From: Paraphysomonas bandaiensis
Lineage: Eukaryota; Protista; Chrysophyceae
Assembly (NCBI GenBank): GCA_965644295.1
Contig: CBFFRP010000412.1
Span: forward strand, 1 to 64,000
DNA: 64,000 bases
Direction: 5' to 3'
Shown here: piece after piece, positions 26,060 through 37,439 of the stretch
Layout of the letters: each line of letters begins with the position of its first letter
Position numbering within the stretch: the stretch's first letter is position 1
Translations under genes and position numbers: made by a program
Notes under the pieces: generated by a model
What the model was told of the DNA's origin: nothing
Databases searched by the model: none
The model's input: only the letters and a program-made list of their open reading frames with translations

Positions 26060-27130
26060 CCTTGCATTCCATATCCCTCAACCGGGCCCCCGGACCCTCC
26101 ATGGTCTCATCCAACATGGTCAAATCCTGGCCTCCAGCCATCATACAACAGGAAGCATTCACCCTCATCAAGTCGCTCTGGAAGCACAAACACGTACCTA
26201 CTTGTTGGTGGCGAGACAGAGTTATGACCCCCATACTTAAGAAACCAGGAGAACCATCCCTTTCCAACCTTCGACCAATCGGCCTACTCGAAATATCAAG
26301 GAAAATTCTGACAAGAATAATCTCCCACAGGATATACTCACACAGTCTGGGAGGAACAGCAGGTCCTACACCCGTCCCAGCATGGATATCGCTGGAGAAA
26401 TGGCACAGACACGGCCATCTTACGGGTTCTCGCGGCCTCAGAGGCAGCCAGACGTCACAATGCCCAAAACATATGCGCGCTCTGGGACTTCAGAAAAGCA
26501 TTCGACTCCATATAACACCTAATCTAATGAAACTAGCATGGGCACGGCTCGGAGTTCCCGATGCAGTGGTTGAATGGTTTGGAGACTTAGACGCTGGGGG
26601 TCTCACATTCCCATGGACGCCGTTCATGGCGAACAACATGGAGCCACGCTCGTTGGCAGCCCTTTTAGCTACCGACGGACAGTTCGTACTAGGATTTGAG
26701 GCCGCGAGAGGGATCACACAGGGGGGCACCGAATCCACTTGTGCCTGGGTGGCCCTACACGATATCCTTCTTACATGATGGTTAGACCTAGATCTTAGAG
26801 CAATCTGTCCAGCACCACTCCTCTACCGACCCCGAACTTACAGAAAAAAGTCTCCTTCGCGGATGACATCACCACCATAGACGTGTCTATATCACTCAAC
26901 AAGCCCAGGAAACGGCGGTACGAATGTCGGCGTTCTGCAGCTTCTCGGGAATGGAACTCTCGGTACCTAAAGTTATCTGCACTCTCTTCCCTCGCTTACG
27001 GGAAAATATCGCCCAGGTCAAACAAACCGGACACATTACCTTATACGACTGGAATTGGAGACCCCAAACTGTACCAATTCAAACAACTCATGAATCGATA
27101 CACTATTTGGGGGCTGATCTGCCACTGACA
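26060..27130 (+). pseudogene. Non-LTR reverse transcriptase domain (frameshifted)
   Basis: APGPS, PILKK, NLRPIGLL, QHGY, WDFRKAFDSI, RGITQG, FADD (about 26857), GMELS, HYLG. Confidence 0.93.
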
Positions 27131-27689
27131 CCTACAGACACAGACTCATACAATTGGTGTACAAACTACCTTAAGGCAGCGGGCACTCGCCTTGGGATCA
27201 AGCACGCCTCAGCGGGTTGCAAAGTCATGGTTATAGAGACCTAAATCATCCCCACTCTACTTTACAAGGCCACCAAGGCTTCTTGGCCCCTACAATGTTA
27301 CAAGGACATCGATTCCACCTGCGCAACCCTTTACAGGAAAGCACTAAGCCTGAGTCCTGGATACACCCCACGGAATTGATCTACCTCTCTCTCAGGCATA
27401 ATGGACTTGGAATGAAACGCTTCTCAGATTCCGCTCAAGAACAAAAATGGGGCTCCCTACAGCGCGCCATAATCCTAGGCGGGGATGCCGGTGACGCAGC
27501 GCACTTTATTCTAACACAGACTACCACTCCGTACCAAAACTACCACCGCTTTGCCTTAAGCCTGCGGGAATGGGGTACGGAGGTTGGCCTCACACTCCAC
27601 CAACCCGACAATCCGGAACCTCAAGATACCAACACCCTGACCAACATTATCCGCGCATTAGGACTGGATGATGTAAACGCGGATATCTA

Positions 27690-28200
27690 TAAGGCAATCT
27701 TCACGGACGGCTCATACAGGCCTACTACAGCCCTATCCCCGCGCCGCATTACGCATGTACACCCACGCACAAGATGGGCACATTATTATGGAGGAGCGGC
27801 GGCAGTCTGGCTCCCCCCGGAGGATGAATGGAAGACCGGTACAACTAAAATACTGCAATTAGAGACACCCTTCAGCGACGTACCTGGACTTCTTGGCCCG
27901 TATGCATACGAGCTCATGGGAGCAGCAATGGCGCTTATACTGTCTGCGCGACTCCCATCACGCATACCGATAAATACGGACTGTAAGGCCGTCTGCATAC
28001 GCACACGCGAAGCACTTTCCACCAGACATCGGGCACTGGGGCATCGTGCCAAACGTGTACTGCTCGAAAGCATTGCAGCAAACAACGATTGTACAAGGAC
28101 AGTAGCATGGGTCCGATCACACCCCGAACGACGTACCTCTGATGAGTCTGTGAATGGACATATGAAGACAAAGGAATTTACATTGCCGACGCAGTAGCAG
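27690..28200 (+). pseudogene. RNase H domain of the LINE
   Basis: IFTDGS, AYELMG, NTDCK, WVRSH, IADAVA. A CSDC..LKHMC knuckle follows at about 28647-28690. Confidence 0.88.
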
Positions 28201-30629
28201 GTGAGGACTGGCTTGAGGTAGATAGACTACTCGGACGACAAAATTACACTGTAACATAGAAGTGGACCAAGCCATTGAGAGAATACTCACCGAGGGTTTA
28301 TGGCACTGGCGTCTAACTGGGGAACGACGGCCGTATCGCACTAGCCCCCTGCTCACGGATTCCCAATATCCCTCCGTAATCAACGGACGCTGGAGGCCTA
28401 CTACACAGCTCACCGAGACCAACGCTACGGTCACAATCCTGACCGGGTTCCTGGATACTGGAAAGAGAGCGGAGCACTACTTCCGCGCAAACTGGCGCAA
28501 GCAGAGATGGTGGACCATCAAAGGACAAAGTGAGTTCCCACCTGCGCCAGCGAGTACTCAATGCAGCACTGGCATGGGACAAATCCTACAGCATAGGAAG
28601 AAACCGGGCGAAAACCAAACACGGACTCGATATGGCTAAAGCCGCATGTTCTGACTGCGGGTTTAGACTAGACTCACTCAAGCATATGTGTCTAGACAGT
28701 ACAAATGACAACATAACGCAGATAAGGGAGTGTCTGCATTTCACAGCCACAAAAACGCGCTTCTAGAAGAAATGAGAAATCCGGAACTACCCCAATGGAC
28801 CACCACTGTACTCCAGCGACTCTCCAGCAGGGCCTGGAACCCTTCCGTGCCACAGGTGGAGGGATTCTGGACGGGTACCATCACAACTACACAGCTTGAA
28901 ATGGTTTTTGGAGATCACATCCATGAGTCACTGACATCCCAAGGAGTGCGCAGCATCGAATCAGCGATCATCAAATTACTTCTACCGCTTTTCGCTGCAG
29001 CAAAGCTAATGATCCAAGATCGAGTAGAAGATACGTTACCCTACAGAAAGGTCCCCCAAGGCTACTACCGCGGCCGCGTCCAAAACACAGACAGAAATGG
29101 AAACGCCCAAGGGTGCTAAGATTAATAGGAATCCACAGACAAACCGAGACTGGAACACCGCCCACCGCACATATGAACCCTACCAACCATACGCAAAGGA
29201 CCATAGCACCGGACCGTATGAAACCAACAGGCCCTAGACAACGGCGACGACGTCTCCGGCAACTCCACCTATGCCCAACGCCCAGACGGTGCATGGCGAC
29301 ACCGCCACATTCCACCACACCATCAACCTCTCAGTGCACACATCTAGTGCTCGGTACGCTCAGGACCTTAATACAGAACCCTGTACCTCAGAGCCAGGCG
29401 GAACCTTATCCCAAGGGGAGACCCCGGACAACACGCGCCAGTGAGTCCTCAGACACACGAGCAGGGCGAACTCACACACAACATCAAGAACGGAAGTGGT
29501 TGCACCTTGGTGCTTGCGGCGACGCACAAGCAGCTTCTGTAGCGCTAAATAGTAGGATAATAGAATTTGTGCTGATTAGTTATGGGTAGAGGTCTAACTA
29601 GTAGATCTAGCATTCAACTAGCCACTGTATCGGAACGAGTTTTTAACGCCTATTGCTAAATAAAAAGACTTTCAATGTATATGTATTAAGCTGAATCCTA
29701 ATATGACGTGGCGGATACAATATGAAAAAAAACAGATTTAGGGGTCTTCAGATGATGGGTTAATGGAGGGGTAGTTGCTGAATGCTGAAATATAAAAATA
29801 ACAGTTTGTAAGCATATCATTACAAGCTTTTCTTGCTTGTGTTTGACATTACGCTTGCTATTTATGTACGGTGGCAAAATTCTCTTCCTCTTCTGGTAAA
29901 AACACAGTTCAACAAAAGTTATACCTTTTTAGCTCGCTCCAAGCTCAATGTCTTTATTGAGACCGTGGTTGTGTCCCATCAGCGGGTCCGGGCTCAGACT
30001 GTTCCACACACACTCTATGCCTCAGCCTGTACCCCCCTGCACCAACACAGACACTAACAAGAAGGGCAGTTGAGGACGTCCGAGTGTCTCCTCCAGACCA
30101 TCATCATAATCTCGTGCATACAGTAGGTCTATCAGAGTACCCGACCTTGGTAGACCTAGTTCTGTTGCGCTGTCCCACTCTCCTCAATCAGATGTTGCCT
30201 CTTTTGCACCATCACACTCCCTCTCGACTCCCTGTTGCTGGACACACCGGATGACCCTCATATCCCACCCCTGTCCAGCTATACACTCTCTTGCATGTGC
30301 TCTCTACCGTTGGCTAAGACAGCAGAAGAGTCGATTTCGACGCTTCTTCACAGTAGGCCATAACCTTTTGCAAGACCTTCATCCACATACCTCCGAGCCA
30401 CTTGGCACAATGCCTAAAGGAAGGCCACCAGATCGCCAATATAAGCAGGGTATAGTACTGTGTTCCCCTGGTTGCCGTGAGGTACATAAGGCAGTCCCTG
30501 ATGCAAATTGCACACAATGTATGTGTAGTCTTAAGCGTTCCAGTGTTGTAGTAGTAGACTTAGATCACTGCTTTCACTTGTCATGCTGTACGTTGCACAA
30601 CGTGTCCCCTACTTACACATCTATCATAT

Positions 30630-30873
30630 AGCGCCGGTGAGTCCTAGGACACACGACAATGGCGAAACTCGCAATCAACATCAAGAACGGAAGTGGTCGC
30701 ACCTTGGTGCTTGCGGCGACGCACAAGCAGCTTCTGTAGCGTTAAATAGTAGGATAATGGAATTTGTGCTGATTAGTTATGGGTAGAGGTCTAACTAGTA
30801 TGTCTAGCATTAAACTAGCCACTATATTGGCACAGGTTTTTAACGCCTATTGCTAAATAAAAAGACTTTCAAT
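30630..30873 (+). mobile_element. 5'-truncated LINE 3' end
   Basis: Near-identical to 29435-29676. Confidence 0.9.
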
Positions 30874-31159
30874 ACTGTACGGTGGCCACTACAAATATTG
30901 TAAGCACATTGATCTCATTCCTTTTGTTTGAAAGAAAAGCTAAGTCGTTCGAATTTGAATGTTAGAATATCAGATATCTATATTACCACGAAATCCATTT
31001 TACATACAAAGTTAATTGTTCGCCGTATAACACCTCCCTAAAATTACTTTTGACTCAAATTAGTTTTGTTTACTTTGTTCTGTTCCGATCAAGTATTGAA
31101 AATATTAAAGGAGTGAATCGTAGAGGTATACACTTCCTAGCGAAAGTAATGTTTTCATT

Positions 31160-33196
31160 CTAAAAGATCTTTTCCGACTTTAATTGAGCGCTAAGGAGTG
31201 TTGAACCAGCTAACTTAACTTCTCCTGTACAGGAATTTCCATGCTTTGATGCTCTAATATCAAGACTGAGGCAGTACTCAAAAAACTTTTCAATTGTAGG
31301 GTACATCACTGTATCGCCCACCACACAGACCCATACCACCTTCATGCCCGTAAATACCCTGCGCTGAAAACATAGAGGTGTGAGGAGACAGCAGGTATAT
31401 TTATATGAAATACAGTCATAAAGCTACTCACACTGCATAGTCGAGGCTCTTCGTTGCTTATAAACTACACATATAACGCGTTCTACGTTATTCGACGCAA
31501 AAAACATTCAATCTACTGACCTCAGAATTGAAGAAGCTGTCTTTCCTCCGTGACATCTCTGAACAAAACAATCCAACGTAGCAATCACGATAAGTGCCAA
31601 TCCACCATAAATTACAGTGATATTTATGCTTCTTGCTATCTTCGATATCCTTCACATTCACAAAAGATAAATTTGATGCCCGCTGTCTATATTCACATTC
31701 AAAGTAGGAGTTTGGCCAGAAGGCGGATACCACCGCTTGTTTAGGCCTGTGAGCATGCTTATTAGCGTAGCATAAGAGCTATGGCGTAACTGACATGTTA
31801 TAAACAATCATCACAATGTTGTCCTTCTGAGTCACGTACGGAGCATATGGCTTGGATACATATACTTTGGGACACATTAATGGTTTTTTTTTCAGGTTTC
31901 CGAAAGTCCACAGGCCCAAACCGGCCACGTTGGCGCACCATGGCACTTGCTGAAGAAGAAGTCTGCCAGCATTAAAATTCTCAAAACAACTCAAAACTGC
32001 CCGCCGAGTAGGTGATTTGAATACACTTAGAGTGACCCCGCAGTAGCGTTGACCGCTACAGAGACCTCTGAATAATGCTGACACGCGTTTATCGAAATTA
32101 CGCGACAACTGCTCGAAGTGGGAAAGGCTCTCTGTGCACACATCGTACATCTCTTTGTATATACGGGATCGCTCGATGTAATCGCTATCAAATATCAGTC
32201 CAGCGGACCTACGCATCTATTCAATTAGGCAGCAAACTCAAACAGCAAATGCACCTAATATATATATCACAACAACACGACATGCTATACGTCGCAAATA
32301 AAAAACTACCAGTAGAAAGGCGTGGCTTCCACGGGCGACAAAGTATCAAACGTGTACACGCGTGAAACATGCCCGAACGCATGGTTGACTTTTTCAGAAT
32401 GAAAGCCCACCATATTGAATTCATTTAACACATCGATATTAGGGGCCCAGGTAGTCAGAGAGAGAAAATCTGCAAAAATAGACTGGTTGGGAGCTTCATC
32501 CCGCAACTCAAGAAAATACAATAGCGCATGAATATTAAAAAAAGCAGAGTGTTTATAAAGATATTCAACATGGGGAACTCGACATGAAGCAGAGAGGTGA
32601 CAAGACCCATCAGCATCGGCTACGCGAAGAAACTGACGGGTAATAATATTTAGCAGTATATCTGCCGCCGACCTCACAGCTTCATCATCACTAAAATCAA
32701 ACAAATTCAACAGTGCACACATAGTGAACGGTAAGTATGTAACAGAAAGCACCTCATACACACCAGGACATTGTGTACAATGTCCCCTTAAATAGCATTG
32801 CAGTAATTCAACCTCCCTTTTACCAACAAAACCACTATCCTTTCCCAACTTAAGTGCTTGTTGTCGGTAGAGATATGCACTCGATAAATATAAAAAAGAA
32901 TGGTTTTCAGACCAAAATTCAGATTTCCGAATTCTATTTCGATGGGGTATATTACTAGGCCAAAAGGAGCAGCATCTCATTGTATCCATGACTATTGATT
33001 GCAGTTGCTCAAGCCCAGGTCGATTCATGTATATCAATCGCGTCAGTGATACGAGCTTGAAATCAGCTTTTTTCTGGTTCTGTACAGCCTCAAGCCACTT
33101 ACTAATAGGAGGTTGATATGCATCCGGATCCAATCCATTGTATACATCAGCTATAAAGCCGGGGCGGTAGTCTCTGCACTTAAGGGCAACCGCCAT
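31160..33196 (-). CDS. Hypothetical protein of a bacterial-like WSENH family (probably heparinase II/III-like toroid plus beta-sandwich), multi-exon
   Basis: FWSENH..YLSSAYL, YLPFTMCALLNLFDFS, QQVPW, PYVTQKDN, AFWP..F and WWIG...YVGL motifs spread across collinear ORFs separated by short introns. Confidence 0.6.
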
Positions 33197-33896
33197 TACT
33201 TATGACCTCTAAACAATTAATCTATGAAGCCACTACAACACGCACAGATACAGTGTGTCAGGAGCGAAGTTGCTGCTCAGCTCAGAAGATTATGGAATAC
33301 GGTGGATACAACGAAACATTTTGCAGCTTTGGGTGGTAAGAATACATGAATGAAATACTGCTGTATTACACTTTCAGAGTGTTTTTCTTGAAAAATTATT
33401 TAGCCCGCACCGCAGGTGCGGGATCCCGCACCCTTGTTTTTACACAAAGGCCGCACAGCAAGTGCGCCCATCGAGTGATCCAATCAGCAGAGTGCATCAT
33501 AGCATAGTGCATCATATCACATGCATCGAGTATATGTATATAGTAATATGACGAGGCAGCCATATGCAGCAGATACACGTTAATGAGTGCTTGAATGATA
33601 GGTGATAACATGTTGCTACCATCTTATTTCATGAAACTGTGAGATGAGATATGCAGTTACTGGACGAGGTTTATAAGGCTGTATGGAGAGGAACTGTGAA
33701 GGGCTGTATATTATGGTATGAAGTGATTTGATATGGATATCAATGATTGAATTCCAGGTGGGAGCATCATGCTCCCATCATCCTATTTAAAGTGTCAGGT
33801 ATGTAGAGAGATGAGAAGTGGTACATTTGAAGGAATAGAAGGCTGTATATCATGCATGCACTATGTTGTGTGATGGTATATGATATGCTGAATGTT

Positions 33897-34818
33897 GTCA
33901 TGGTTTATTATGCTGTTGTAGGCGCAATGACGTTTATACTTACCGGTGCAAGAGGGATGCCTAAGCGACACAAGCGCCCGGCTGCCCCTGTACCATCTTG
34001 CAGTGAATATGTGTCATGTTGTGTAAGGGTATGCAGTATGGCTGTATGTGATAAGAATTCTGAACGGTGTGGAATAATAAAATGCTGAAGGCTGTGATGG
34101 TTTATTATGCTGTTGTAGGCGCAATGACGTTTATACTTACCGGTGCAAGAGGGATGCCTAAGCGACACAAGCGCCCGGCTGCCCCTGTTCCATCTTGCAG
34201 TGAATATGTGTCATGTTGTGTAAGGGTATGCAGTATGGCTGTATGTGATAAGAATTCTGAACGGTGTGGAATAATAAAATGCTGAACGCTGTGATGGTTG
34301 ATTATACTGTTGTATGCTCTGTAAATAATGATACGATGTATTCCAATTACTAATGAATCATTAATTATAAGGGTACAGTATAAAAAGTTGATGGAGTGGT
34401 TATAAATGAATACATATAGGCATTCTACAGATTACTAACATCAGACTGTGTCGAATAATAAAATGCTGCACGCTGTAATGGTTGATTATACTGTTGTATG
34501 CTCTGTAAATAATGATACGATGTATTCCAATTACTAATGAATCATTAATTATAAGGGTACATTATAAAAAGTTGATGGAGTGGTTATAAATGAATACATA
34601 TAGGCATTCTACAGATTACTAACATCAGACTGTGTCGAATAATAAAATGCTGAACGCTGTAATGGTTGATTATACTGTTGTATGCTCTGTAAATAATGAT
34701 ACGATGTATTCCAATTACTAATGAATCATTAATTATAAGGGTACATTATAAAAAGTTGATGGAGTGGTTATAAATGAATACATATATTGGCATTCTACAG
34801 ATTACTAACATCAGACTG
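33897..34818. repeat. Tandem duplications: about 197 bp x2, then about 183 bp x3 (the latter includes the YR stop codon region)
   Basis: Visible direct repeats. Confidence 0.92.
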
Positions 34819-37039
34819 AAGTTTCCTTTTCTTTGTCCTTGGAATAATGTTACCATCACTGTCCCTTCGTGCACTCATTGCATCATATATACTGTTTATG
34901 TATTTCTTAGAGGCTTTTTTTTTGGGGTGAAACTTGTCGTAATTTTCCTGACCAAATAAATCAACAATAACACGCAATTCAACCTTTTCAGCTATGCATT
35001 TTAAATTACTCTTCCATTCTCTGTACGAAGTAGACTGACTTGCCATACAGGGTTTCGGCTCATCAAGAAAACGTTTCTCGTCATCGTACAATAGGCCGAG
35101 TCCTTTAGTCAATACTCGATTTAGTTTTTTCTGTTTGTTGACGTTGTCTACCATAGGGTATCTCTTTCCTACAATTTCATGTAATTCATAATCAAAATAG
35201 TCAATAATAACTGTTGATAAGCATAATTTTTCGAGAGTTTTATATTGAATGAAGGATATATGGGGCATGCGCTGCATGTTAACTCTCATGTATTGAAAAA
35301 CATTTGTCGTAGTAGTGGATGGACCTTTGGAAGGTCCTTCAGTAATCGGAGGCAAGACTGTAGGCGATGTAGGTATCCGTGATACAGTCTCTGAAGTTGG
35401 TATAGTGGTATCCGTTGGAATATTTTTCAAGCCTTCTAGAATATCAGCCACAGCAGTGTCTAATTTCTTGTGCAGATCAGCTATTGCAATAGTTTGGGTG
35501 TCACACTTTCTATGAAGCTGTTGTATTTGGTCTCGAAGAATGCGATTCTCCTGGTAAATTTCGTCTACATTTCTTGTGTCTACAAAATTAAGGCGAAGCC
35601 ATTCCTCCTCAATCGCAGCACTCCATTGCATTATGTCATTCCAAGTGAAATGGTGGCGCATCATGTTGTGCTTGAATTTACAAACCACTGCATGTTGTGC
35701 CGTGTATTTAGAAACAAATGATGGTAACCTCATAAGGAATGTAGCAAACACAGAGAGTTTAAATTGAAATAGACAGCCATCAACCCCAAATTCTGGGTAA
35801 GTGAGTGGATAACATGTTTCGATTAACGCCATCACTTGTTCTCGGTTTCCATTGTTGATAAATACACACTCGGGTGGATATATCTTATTCCTGGGATTAG
35901 AGTAGCCACTTAAAATTTTTCCACCCACAGCAATAGTGACATCTAGTCCCATGATATACTCAAAAATGCTGCACTCTCCGGAGAAGTCCCATCCTCCACG
36001 CATAATCGCATGGAAGATGCCGCCTGACTGACTACTGGCTATGTCAGTTGCAGCCCCGACTCTAAGACCCTTGCCTGTTGTTTCCTTTGTAACTCCAGGT
36101 ACCTTCCCGATCATTTGTTTTAGTAGCTTAGAAACAAATTGACTAGCGCTTGATGTAGTCAATGCTAGATCTGGAAAGACGAAGTCACCGTTGAGATCTG
36201 CTGCAGTACAGGACATCCAGTACATTGAATAAGCGAAGAAAACACAAGTCTCTAGACAAGAGTAGTCGGGAAAAAAGTTCATTGTTTTGATAGAAGCCAC
36301 CTTCAATTCTGTCCAATCAAACGTTAAGTATCCATCGCAGTGCCACATTGCATTATTATACGAAGCAAACATTGCTTCAGACACCCGACCAACAGCAGCA
36401 AACGTGAAAACCAAATAGAGATTGTACAATGAATACTTCTTCACTTCTAAATAAAGTTTATTAGCATACAGTAAATCATAGATATGTGAAGTATGTCCAC
36501 TTACCGGAGAAATCAGATGCCCGATGTATAATGTATTCACCTATGCGCTTCATTAGTTCTTTCCCCACTGGACTTGTTTTCTCTGATATACGCACTCCTT
36601 GTGCGATACACCGCTTGATAATATGCTTTGATACTGCCGCTCTCACATCTTTGTACCACAGCTCATTGGAGCTGCTTAATAACTCATTTCTTTTAAATCG
36701 CTTCGTCAGCGCAGTCTTCGTGTCTGACAAATACTGCCAAGCAGTACCTAGGGTCAAAGGCTTCTTCGTTGTTCCATGGACGGCGTGATCGATCAAAAAG
36801 CCACCGAAACATTGAAATAGTTCTACATTTATATCACTGTCTATGAGTTCCTTATACCTCTTCTTCCCGTCGAACCGCATCTCCAAGTACTTCGCAAACT
36901 GAGCTAACGCAGAGGAGTTACGATTTTTGGTTTCCCCATCACCGACTTTTCTAATGCCCCCTGTGGTAGTTGATTCCGTGGTAGTTGATTCCGTGGTAGT
37001 TGATTCCGTGGTAGTTGATTCCGTGGTAGTTGATTCCAT
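34795..37039 (-). CDS. Tyrosine recombinase (CryptonS-like), 728 aa after splicing
   Basis: Intron 36447-36504 joins the two ORFs in frame. Core-binding region (TAWQYLSDTK), box I GRVSE, box II KGLRVG, RGGW...FEY. N-terminal (STTTE)5 repeat. Confidence 0.85.
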
Positions 37040-37439
37040 GCTACTATGATATGTTCTCGCTGTTATTATGTTCTGTATGTATGATACCATGCTGTGATGA
37101 GAGAGCTCCTCCTTCAACACCCACCTCCCTGGATCTATTACTCACCAGCAACACCATACATACCACTGGTCACTCATCATCACCACTTATATAGTTCCAC
37201 ACCATTATGGTGCGGGCTTGAGTACGGTACCTTCCACATTTTACAGAAAAATCTAAAGTGCGACGGAAAACAACTCACACGATACGGACCCTTTCACTTA
37301 AGTCACTCGGCGGTTTACAACATGTCACTTGAATCACTCAGTTTACATCATGCCACTACAGTCACTGCGCTTGTTAAACTTGACCGGAATTGCAACTGGA
37401 AAATTGCCTCACTGATAACAAGGTATCTGCTAGGAACTT

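Larger units (their letters stand above)
23521..29680 (+). mobile_element. 5'-truncated non-LTR retrotransposon: SET-APE-RT-RNase H-zinc knuckle, frameshifted
   Basis: TSD tgtattaagctg at 23509-23520 and 29682-29693. The ordered domains are listed below. Conserved 3' tail at 29487-29676. Confidence 0.93.
23268..29703 (-). mobile_element. Solo LTR of the Copia family (23268-23520 plus 29694-29703), split by the LINE insertion
   Basis: Reverse complement of the 39076 LTR with about 9 substitutions and 2 indels. 5-bp TSD TGACG at 23263-23267 and 29704-29708. Confidence 0.93.
33402..37218 (-). mobile_element. Crypton-like tyrosine-recombinase DNA transposon (boundaries tentative)
   Basis: Contains a YR gene and tandem duplications. 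A 10-bp inverted motif agcccgcacc (33402) / ggtgcgggct (37209) lies at the apparent ends. Confidence 0.6.

Noticed and set aside
29435-29476. Hammerhead/HDV-like ribozyme in the LINE 3' UTR (gtgagtcc...gac...gcgaa; also 30633-30672)
   Set aside because: It lacks the CUGAUGA core and an adjacent GAAA, and no HDV P1/P4 pairing can be built. Only a simple stem is plausible. An Infernal scan would settle it.
23070-29676. Similar tails at 23070 and 29487 read as LTRs or Penelope pseudo-LTRs
   Set aside because: TSDs place the element start at 23521. The upstream tail is a separate, diverged insertion outside the solo LTR.
29960-30630. GC-richer stretch upstream of a LINE tail
   Set aside because: No recognisable domain in any frame and no homology to the main LINE seen; cannot be assigned.
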